Shown piece after piece: positions 53,709 to 64,000 of a stretch of DNA of 64,000 nucleotides. The stretch's first letter is position 1. Each line of letters opens with the position of its first letter. The position numbers and the translations under genes were made by a program. The stretch comes from Octopus vulgaris (Eukaryota), in contig OX597823.1 of NCBI GenBank assembly GCA_951406725.2, positions 85,374,001 to 85,438,000 of the forward strand, given 5' to 3'. The notes beneath the pieces are model-generated. The model did not search any database. It saw nothing but the letters and a program-made list of their open reading frames with translations, and had not been told where the DNA came from.

Positions 53709-55903
53709 AAAAGTAATAGTCTACGTATCACTAGACGTGACTGATGTCGCTTGTGTGACACCAGAGTCGTCCTCTCTCTTAGAGATAGCAGTTGAATCTA
53801 TTCGAGTCTATCTATTCTTTGACAGGTTTTGGTTTTCATTCTGCAGGGCCTTTGACGAAATCCACTCTTATCACTACACTTCATTACCTTAGTACATGTC
53901 CTTAAAAGCAAGAAGCAAGGATTCTCGAGTAAAGAGACCGAAGAACACGCAATTAGCATACGTATTCTATAAGTTAGATAATAAACGCAGGGATAGCTTT
54001 CTTAATGTTCGATATATGATAATTATTTTCTTGTTATTTACGTTTCAGCAGTAGATCTTTACTTTGTTTCTTAGAAGAATTCTAATCAATATCAAATGTA
54101 ATTAATTCCTGCATGTATATATACGTACATAGTTACATGATTACGTACATACATACATATATACATACATATATATGTGTGAGTGTATTTCATCAAAAAT
54201 GACTGTGATGATAGTAGCATTAATTCATTTTAGTCGTTCGATTTTTCTCAAATGATCAATAGACGAATTGAGTAAGCCTATCAATAATGTACTTATAAAG
54301 GTTACTGGAAACAGCGTGTGTGTATGTGTGTGTGTGTGTGTGTGTTAGGTAACGCTTACAAAAGCTAACAAGACATATGGCTTAACAAAGAGTAAGGTAT
54401 TCGAACACTGACTAAGAAAATGTACTGTTGTTGTTGTTATTGTTTTAAGCCCATGTTCAGCTCTCTCTGAGCACCCTTGTTACAACTGGTCTGTTACTCG
54501 TAGATATATCATTATTCTCTTGGAATTTTTGTATCTAGGACTACATTATCAAAATACATGTAGATCGCTTTCCTTTCAAGACAATACGTTACAATCTAAG
54601 GTAAATTTATTTTTCATTTACAACAAATAGAACGACCAGATTGAGGCTGCCTCGCTTCAATTTGTTTCTGCTTAAAGTGGATCCGTCCGTTCATTATACG
54701 TCACAATTTTCACTAATTATCTGATTTGTGTAGCATTGTTCCATCATTATGTCTTTGAATAATACCTGCCTTTCGAATACTCCGTTATCCACGAGCCGTT
54801 GAGGTTTGCAATCACATCTGACTTTGAACCTCAAGCAACATTAAAACGACTTGATAGAAATTCTGAGCAATAATTTCAATGATTGAAACTGTCAGGAAGA
54901 CATCAATATTAATCGATTAAATCTACCCTAGCAAGTTGACTGGCATTTCGTTTTATCAATTCTTTTTTACTTGTTTGTAAAGTGTAAAGAATATAGGTGC
55001 TTTTATTATACTTTTTTAATTGTGGCTAAGTAACAGAAGGTATAGAGAGTTAGGCATACGCTCAGGCGGGATCAATTTTCCTTTTATTCAATCTGGATAC
55101 GTAAACTAATTATAATTCATAGTGAGATCAATCGAATCAAATGCAAGCTTCCCATATATATTCGCCTACGTATGTCCATGTCAATGATCGATATTTCTGT
55201 CTGTCTTTAACAACATTCGAATACAATGAATTCAAACCACACCGAGTTTTATTTACATTTAATCCCTCGGGGATCTTCGTTAATCGTTTTCGTAATATGG
55301 TGGGTCATATTAAACAAAAGCCGTTCACTAATAGAAAGAAATAAAATCCTTTTAGTGGTAGATTAAAAGCCTTGCAGATATATCAATGAATAGTTTAGAT
55401 TCTCCAACTTTCTCGTCATAAGTTTCTGGGTTCGATTCTCAGCATGGAACCTTGGCAAGTATTTTTATTATAACCTAAAGTCTGTTCAAGCCTTACAAGT
55501 GAAATTATGTCGATGGAAACTGTGTTGAAGCTCATTGGATTGACCTTAACAGTAAATCAAAGATCCAGCCTTGCCACTGGGTGTATAATTCTCATTCTGC
55601 TCAAAGGTAACCCTTTTCTTATATCTTCTTTGGAATACGTCGTGTTTTGTTTCAAGTTATATTGTAAAGAAAGGATAAATTGATATAACAATTTATGATT
55701 ATTAAGATCGGAACTTGATGCAGCGAGATGGCAGAATCGTTAGCGCGCTTGACAAAGTGTTTAGCGACATTTCATCCGTGTTATAATATGAGTTCAAATA
55801 CTGCCGAGGTTGACTTTGCCTTTCAGCTTTTCGACAGTACCGAAATACGAAAATAGAATAATATTTGTTTCAAAACATGACTTCACATGAAGAACCTTTC
55901 AAT

Positions 55904-55934
<31 letters not shown>

Positions 55935-55943
<9 letters not shown>

Positions 55944-56343
55944 TCAGTCATTTGACTGCGGCCATGTTGGAGCACCGCCTTTCGTCGAGACAATCGACCC
56001 CAGAACTTATTCTTTTAAAGCCTAGTACTTATTCTATTGGTCTCTCTTGCCGAGCCGCTAAGTTACGGCAACTTAAACACACCAGCATCGGTTGTCAAGT
56101 GATGTTGGGGGAGGGCAAATACAGACACACAAACATATACAGGCACATACATATATATATATATATATACATATATATATGACGGGCTTCTTTCAGTTTC
56201 CGTCGACCAAATCCACTCACTAGACTTTGGTCAGCCCGAGGCTATAGTAGAAGGCACTTGCCCAAGGTGCTACGCAGTGGGCCTAAACTCAGAACCATGT
56301 TGTTGGTAAGCAAGCTACTTACCACATAGCCAATCCTGCGCTT
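55935..56343 (-). mobile_element. Full-length tRNA-derived SINE with CORE-like segment and internal microsatellite
   Basis: Minus head GCGCAGGATTGGCTATGTGGTAAGTAGC, CACCTTGGGCAAGTG, tail GGCGGTGCTCCAACATGGCCGCAGTCAAATGACTGAAAC. Confidence 0.9.
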
Positions 56344-56729
56344 ATATACATACCCTTTTACTTCTCTCAGTCATTTGGCTGTGGCCATGCTGGAGCACCA
56401 CCTTTAGTGGAGCAAATCGACTAGTACATATTCTATCGGGCTCTTTTGCCGAGCTGCTAGGTTACAGGGAAGTAAACACACTAGCATCGGTTGTCAAGCG
56501 AAGTTGGGGGACAAACACAGATGCATAAGCACACACACACGCACACACACACACACATATATATATATAGAATGAATGCATGTTACCTGTAACCTTTTTT
56601 TTATCCTTTCATTGCATGTGGCGAAATTAGTCAATTTTACGGTGAAATTTCTGGTGTAGTGTGTCATCAGGGATCATTTTTTATTGAAAGTGTCCTTACT
56701 GCCATGCACCTCCATTTTACCTACCATTA

Positions 56730-57075
56730 TTGAAATGGTAAATATTCTTTCAAGACGGCGCACCGCCGCATTACCAACGAATCGGGCAAGCATACAAGGA
56801 TGAGAATTTGCAAGGACACTGAATTGGACAAACATATGCAAATTAATTCCCCGCACGTTTTCCTAACTTAACACCTGTATACATTCACTTAGGTGTTGCC
56901 ATTGCCATAAAGGAATTTGTGTATCGCAGTGAACTAGCTACAGTGACAGCCCTTCGAGAAGAAATTGACATGGCATGTGCAACAGTTTCATTGGATATTT
57001 ACACCAACGTTGTCCCAGCAGTAATGCAAGCCATATCAATAAGTGCCTGGAAGCTAATGGACACCATATATCTGT
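56730..57075 (+). mobile_element. Tc1/mariner-group transposase remnant
   Basis: FFQDGAPPHY, PARFPNLTP, ALREEIDMACATV, CLEANGHH. Confidence 0.75.
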
Positions 57076-57179
57076 GAGGTGCACGTAAGTATTTAATTTT
57101 TATGCCTCGTTGCATTAATTATTGTTAGATACTTGCATACATTTATGTACATGCATGCAGACATATATATATATATGTG

Positions 57180-57745
57180 GGCGTTCAAGAAGCTTGCTTT
57201 CCAATCACATGGTTCTGGGTTCAGTTCCATTTAGTGGGGCCTTAGGCAAGTGTGTTCTACTATAGCCTCAGGCCGACCAAAGCATTTTGAGTAGAACTGG
57301 TAGATGGAAACTGAAAGAATCTCGTCGTATATATATATATCTATATGTGTGTGTATGTGCGTGTGCGTGCTGGTGTGTGTGTATATGGAACAAATAATCC
57401 AGGAGAAAATGTTTGCTAAGATATTATTGACTCTACTATTATCTAGATTTACATAACAGTATTGATTGTTATTTCCAGCAAGTAGACATGTAATTTGATT
57501 AATGTTAATCATTCAGCTATATATATATATATATATACGTGTGTGTGTGTGTTTGTGCTCCGCCATCGCTGACAACCGATGCTGGTGTGTTTACCTCCCC
57601 GTAACTTAACAGTTCGGCATAAGAGACATATAGAATAAGTACTAGGCTTGCAAAGAATAAGTTCTGCGGTCGATTTGTTCGACTAAAGGCTGTGATCTAG
57701 CATGGCCGCATTCAAATGACGGAAACAAGTGAAAGAATAAAAGAA
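57180..57745 (+). mobile_element. SINE split by an insertion in its internal microsatellite
   Basis: Head 57180-57330, tail 57545-57745, foreign sequence at 57385-57520. Confidence 0.8.
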
Positions 57746-57752
57746 TATATAT

Positions 57753-57784
<32 letters not shown>

Positions 57785-58085
57785 GTTCCTTCTCGAGCCA
57801 CGCCTGGTTCATATGGGCCGGTTTCCTGGCTTCCTTGGCGTATAGGTTCCCCACCTGGACAGGACGTCGGTCAATCGCAGGTGAGCTGGAAGATGCAGGA
57901 GGAAAGAGTGAGTGAAAGTTGTGGCGAAAGAGTCAGCAGAGGTTCGCCATTACCTTCTGCCGGAGCCAAGTGGAGCTTAGATATTTCGCCCATAAGCACA
58001 CACATCACATCGCCCAATCTGAAAATCGAACCCGCGATCGCTCGACCCCGAGTCCGCTGCTCTAATCACTAGGTCATGCGCCTCT
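57785..58085 (-). mobile_element. tRNA(Arg) SINE, same subfamily as 53404
   Basis: Reverse-complement colinear. Confidence 0.9.
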
Positions 58086-58134
58086 ACACACACACACACA
58101 CACACGAACACACACACACGCACGCACACACACG

Positions 58135-58170
<36 letters not shown>

Positions 58171-58181
58171 CACACAGTATA

Positions 58182-58658
58182 CATTTCAATAATTCTCAAA
58201 CGATTTCAACCACACTTTATACACATCCCTTGTCCAAAGGATGGTCATGCACAATAGCATTTTGCCCAGAGCTCCCGTGCGAATGATGGACGTAAATGGA
58301 CATAGTGATTTGTATGTAGGGTCATCCATACTTCTTTTTTAACATTTTATAAAAAGGAAAGGATTTTGTCTATTTACTTTCACTGTCCAGCACCGACGGT
58401 GATTGAATTGACTAGGAACACTGAACGCATACATTTCCGTAATTCTTAACCGATTTTCTCGAAACTTTACACACATTACTTATGTCCAAAGTATGAACAT
58501 GAGCTAAACATTTTGCCCAGAGCTCCCGTGTGAATGAACCTAAAAGGACGTAATTGTTTGTATGGAGTTTCATTTTTTAAAAGTGAATGGATTTTGTCTA
58601 ATTATTTATTCTGACTGTCCACCTGCTACGGTCATTAAATTGACTATGTGCACTGTAG
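58182..58658. repeat. Diverged ~245-bp tandem dimer, Helitron/DINE-like
   Basis: CATTTTGCCCAGAGCTCCCGTG.GAATGA and GGATTTTGTCTA repeated; CCGATTTTCTCGAAACTTTACAC motif. Confidence 0.65.
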
Positions 58659-59482
58659 GCGAAGAATATCCAATACCAAACAATTTTAATCTCCATAATT
58701 AAACTGCATTAAACTTTGGTAAGCTTACCTTTACCTATTCTGATTTACTTGAAAGGTGATGTTGCCTTTCCTATTTTCTATTTGTTGATACCTTTGTTTA
58801 CCTGCCAATGCGTTTTTTTCACTTTAAGGATGCTTATTTACCTATCCATTATGATATTTCGACAGTTGTCCATTGTTTCAGATACGTCTTAGCATTGTCT
58901 TTCTAGCCTTTTTTAAACAATCACATATGATCTGTTCTAAAGAACCAAACTCTAAATAAGAGTTTTGCTTCCAAAATCAGTATAGCGAAAGCTATACCAA
59001 TTTAAGTTTATGGGTTGTTTACTGTTAGTTTATGCGCAGGTTATGTAGGAAAACAGAACGAAGGGGCTCTTGTTAACTTAACTCTCCGAGAACATAACGC
59101 CCATTCTTTTTGAAAAAATAGACTCGCACATCGGAAGTTTCAACGTCTTCCTTCAATTTCATTACAACATTTATGGGGCTGTTTCCGCCAAGAAATTTCG
59201 CTTTCATGTGAAAGAATTATATTTTGTAGTCATTACTCGTAATCTACTTTCAAAACACTTCAGTAGCTCTACTTTGCATCGCTTGCAAACTTATATGTTC
59301 TATGATCATTAAAGTGGAACGACCACCGCAATAACCAAACTTCAATTCAATTTTCCGTTCCTGGGTTAATCGGAAACATAGGTTACCGTGCTACTCATGA
59401 ACCTTCTCGGTTGCTCAGTTATCTGGTGAAAAATATATCACCAAAGCAACTTAAACCGTCCAAATAACGAGTGCGTTTCCTA

Positions 59483-59533
<51 letters not shown>

Positions 59534-59553
59534 GAGATGTACGTATGTATGTA

Positions 59554-59601
<48 letters not shown>

Positions 59602-60297
59602 GAGAGATGTATGTATGTATGCATGCATATATATATATATATATATATATACAGACAGACAGACAGATAGACAGGCATTCAGAAATACATACGAACGTAC
59701 GCATGTACGTACGTTTCTATTTGAAAATCAAAGAGAATGTGGATAACTATAGGCAACTGTTTTGAAATCTCCAGCTTCTACACCCAGATTATAAATTCAC
59801 ATTTATACCAATAATAGTTAGTGCACCTGGCTTTGTGAGTGAATGCCTATCTGACGATGTGGATAAGGGGATAAGCCAGAGCTTTCAGAAAAAGAAATCA
59901 CCCAACATGATAAATAAGTTCTCGTTGTGGAACAGTAAATACACGCAAGAATTTTCTCAGGTTTTTCATCTACTTTGCTTTTCGTACATTCGAATGACAG
60001 AGCTTTGTACCTTTGTCAGAAATGAGCTCCTTCCTCCTCCGAAGAATTTAAATAATTTAAAAGAGGAAGAAAACATACATACATATACACAACGATGCGC
60101 ACATTTGATACATACACACACTATTTAGAAATCTTCAAGAAATAACTATCAGTAAATACTGGTAACTTGTGATGCGACACAATAAAAACTTTTGTTTTTA
60201 GGGGACAGCTTTAGTATAATACGTAATGTGAATTATTCACATATTTAATACATCACTTCTATATTTCATCACGTTTTACATACATATATCATATATC

Positions 60298-60510
60298 TAT
60301 TTCTTTACTACCCACAAGGGACTAAACACAGAGGGGACAAACAAGGACAGACAAACGGATTAAGTCGATTACATCGACCCCAGTGCGTAACTGATATTTA
60401 ATTTATCGACCCCGAAAGGATGAAAGGCAAAGCCGACCTCGGCGGAATTTGAACTCAGAACGTAACGGCAGACGAATGTTTCTGCTAATTTTTCTGTCAG
60501 CTCGTCGCCT
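60298..60510 (-). mobile_element. Monomeric SINE (tail A)
   Basis: Reverse complement of the family consensus. Confidence 0.9.
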
Positions 60511-60957
60511 TATACATACATATATCATATATCATAATGAAAATAACATGTCATAATATAATATATATTGTTTTATATCGTTTTTATTTCAATTCAATAT
60601 AAAGGATTCATTGAAAGAATTTGTTATAAATTGAAATGTTCAAGGTCTGTCGTTGTTTATCGTAGAATGTCGTTGTTTATCCCGAGTGTGAATACTGGTA
60701 GGATAGGCCGTGCTATTTGTGTTTGTCTGTGAAAGTAATTTGCAGGTGAGTATTGTAATTTAGTTTTGCTATGTTCCCCCTTCGGTGCTTAAATTTGTAT
60801 CTGTGAATAGATAGGGAGAAAGTATTAACTGAACAAACACATACACGCGTGCGTGTGAGTGCGTGTGCGAATATGAGTATATGTATATAATTATATATGT
60901 CTGTGTGTGTAAGCGTGTGTATATATATATCTATATATATATATAAATATATGTGTG

Positions 60958-60988
<31 letters not shown>

Positions 60989-61016
60989 GTACTTATGTGT
61001 ACGTATGAACATAAAA

Positions 61017-61057
<41 letters not shown>

Positions 61058-61263
61058 GTGTATTTGTATATGTGTCTGTATTTAAATATATATATGCAGA
61101 GAGAAAGAGAGAGGGAGAAACGGACAGACAGTTTGAAAGAAAGAAAGAAAAACAGAAAGAAAGAAAAAGGGAGAGAGAGATAACGCGGTGTTCAGTTATC
61201 TCATATCCTTTATCCTTGCAGTAGGTGAATATTGAAACGGGCATATTACTATTATCCTTTTCC

Positions 61264-61309
<46 letters not shown>

Positions 61310-62407
61310 CATTATTATTATCAATATTATTATTATTCTATGTGGTGAAAACTTTATCTTCTTAAATATGCCTCTAACCTCGTCGAGGTATTTATTTGCT
61401 ATTAAAGTCATAGATATTTCTGTCAAGTCTTTCCGTCATTTTCCGTCATTCTACGATCGATTCTTTCATTCCTTCTCTTTCTTTTTCTTTTCCTTTTCTT
61501 ATTTCTTTCTTTCTTTTTTTTTCCTCATGTTTGTTTGTTGTACCTCAAAGATATATTTCATACTTATAAGATCACTATTTCCCCAGCAACACCACCACCA
61601 TCACCAAACACCTCCCCCCCCCCACTATTAAATATATAGATCTAACGATGAACTTATCACACAATGAACGCAATCTGAATTCTCTAAAGCTAGAAGAACT
61701 ACTTAAATGATCTAATAATATAATGTTGGCTATTTTCGTGCGAGAAAAGAATACGTAAAAGGCGAAGTGTACAGGAGAATGTCCTTAATAATATTTTGGT
61801 TCGCTGCCAAAAATTATGTGTATTCATAATTCATTTAACTTGTCTGGATACAACATGACATTTCGAATAATTTGCTTGGCACCGAGCTGCATGTATGTGA
61901 TTCTCATTCTTACATTTTATATCCTTTTTTTCATACTTCAATATACACGTCCTATTATGTACGATATACATATGAATATTTCCTCGTTTTACACCGACCA
62001 GCCAACCAACCAACACATTATATAGATATAAAATGAATTTACATCAGGTATGAGAATAAATTTATTCATTTTCTATACATCTATACTCGAAATACCTCCT
62101 CCATTTCAATAATATTGTCATAGTGAAAAGTTTGAAACTTTTTTTTTTTTTTTTGCATATCGTAAATAATAAAAGTTGTGTGACTCGACAGAAAACACCG
62201 AAGGCTGTATTGTGAGTCGAAGAGTTTGCCTCCATGCGGCTGCTATATCTGCGAGTAATGGTAGGCAATTAGAGCCTACCTCAAATCACGCACAAAAAGT
62301 CTTATAAATGGCATTGTTGGACGCCTCAAAAAGGACGAGCTGTTATGGCTGTAGTTCTGTTAACAGTAAATAAGTTCGCTCAGAGCTATGCAACAACGTT
62401 GACAATG

Positions 62408-62452
<45 letters not shown>

Positions 62453-62722
62453 GCTGCTACTAACACTGCTGCAACAACAGCAACAGAAGCAAAAATAAAA
62501 ATAACAGCAACAATAGCCAGAACAACGATAGCCACAGCATTTGGAATCACTCTACAATAGGAATGTTTTCACTTTTCGTAGACATTTTCGTCTAAAGTTA
62601 TACTTTATGTGCAATCCAGAATGAGAAGGTGTTTATGCAAAGGGCTAGAAATATCAGTCAAATCGCTCTTGACTTATTCCCTACCATTTGAAACAAAGTT
62701 AGGAGACAATGAATAAAATTAT

Positions 62723-63518
62723 TTCCTACTCTAGGCACAAGGCCTGGAATTTTGGGGTGTGGGCCAGTCAATTACATCGACACACTTATGCGTCTCCTAC
62801 TTAATTTTTCGACCCCGAAAGGATGAAAGGCAGAGTCGACCTCAACGGATTTTGAACTCGGAACGTAAAGACAGACGAAATATCGCTAAGCGTTGCGCTC
62901 GGCGTGCTAACGTTTCTTATTTATTTACTACCCCCAATGGGCTACACGCAGTGGGGACAATCAAGGACAGACAAAGGGATTAAGTTGATTACATTGACCC
63001 CAGTGGCTAACTAGTACTTATTTAATCAACCCCGAAAGGATGAAAGGCAAAGTCGACCTCATCGCAATTTGAACTCAGAACGTAGCGACAGACGAAATAC
63101 CTATTACTTTACTACCCACAAGGGTCTAAACACAGAGAGGACAAACAAAGACAGACAAACGGATTAAGTCGATTATATCGACTCCTGTGCGTAACTGGTA
63201 TATATTTAATTGACTCCGAAAGGATGAAAGGCAAAGTCGGCCTCGGCGGAATTTGAACTCAGAACGTAGCGGCTGACAAAATACCTATTTCTTTACTACC
63301 CACAAGGGGATAAACACAGAGAGGACAAACAAGGACAGACAAACGGATTTATTCGATTATATCGACACCAGTGCGTAACTGGTACTTATTTAATCGATCC
63401 CCGAAAGGATGAAAAGCAAAGTCGACCTCGGCGGAATTTAAACTCAGAATTTAACGGCAGACGAAATACCGCTAAGTATTTCGCCCGGCGCGCTAACGTT
63501 TCTGCCAGCTCGCCGCCT
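62723..63518 (-). mobile_element. Tetrameric SINE array (A-A-A-B)
   Basis: Four cores; flanks AGACAATGAATAA / AGACATTGAATAA. Confidence 0.9.
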
Positions 63519-63714
63519 TAGACATTGAATAATATTTTCCTAGAGACACAGCTCTTCAAAACTGGAGAAGCTGATCTCTAATTCGAAAGACTTGGACCTG
63601 TAAGAGATCATTTAAAGTTAGACACTATTGGTAACATCAATACAGCTTTGCATTTTGTTTGTTTTAATTGTCTTTTAGATTTAAATTTGTTTTAAATAAA
63701 TTTATCGGATGCAA

Positions 63715-63844
63715 GCTTCGCTGTGTGGTAAGAAGTTTGCTTAGCAATCACATGATTCTGGGTTTAGTCCCACTACCTGCTACCATGTACCCACGAGCCT
63801 TGTAATTGGATTTGGTAGACTGAAAAGTCAGTGGAAGCCTGTCG

Positions 63845-63883
<39 letters not shown>

Positions 63884-63909
63884 CAATATATATATACACA
63901 CACACACAA

Positions 63910-63947
<38 letters not shown>

Positions 63948-64000
63948 TTATCTGTGTATGTCTTTGTGTCTGTGTTTGTCCTTCACTACCACTTGACGAA
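63715..64000 (+). mobile_element. Degenerate SINE running off the window end
   Basis: GCTGTGTGGTAAGAAGTTTGCTT..GGATTTGGTAGAC. Confidence 0.7.

Overview
AT-rich, microsatellite-saturated eukaryotic DNA, not prokaryotic. The SINE repertoire (tRNA-Arg-like heads with a TCG anticodon, as in the octopus OR families) points to an octopus/cephalopod genome; this is inference. The window is mostly intronic or intergenic. It holds dozens of tRNA-derived SINEs from three or four families (several with target-site duplications, some as 2-4-unit multimers), decayed LINEs (CR1/L2-like, RTE-like, R4/Dong-like), a Penelope-like GIY-YIG remnant, decayed Tc1/mariner transposons, a hAT-like MITE and a Helitron-like tandem dimer. 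There is no intact gene, and most listed ORFs are microsatellite artefacts. The best coding candidate is a short exon at 26071-26208 encoding an amphipathic, AKAP-like helix. The most striking unexplained pattern is a set of unrelated-sequence foldback palindromes, most of them in or beside (TA)n tracts. Two carry a hammerhead stem-III-type motif (GAAACAGCTGT). Degenerate hammerhead cores also occur, one next to a Penelope endonuclease remnant, which suggests a Penelope/hammerhead-driven generator of palindromes. All alignments and folds were done by eye, and element boundaries are approximate.
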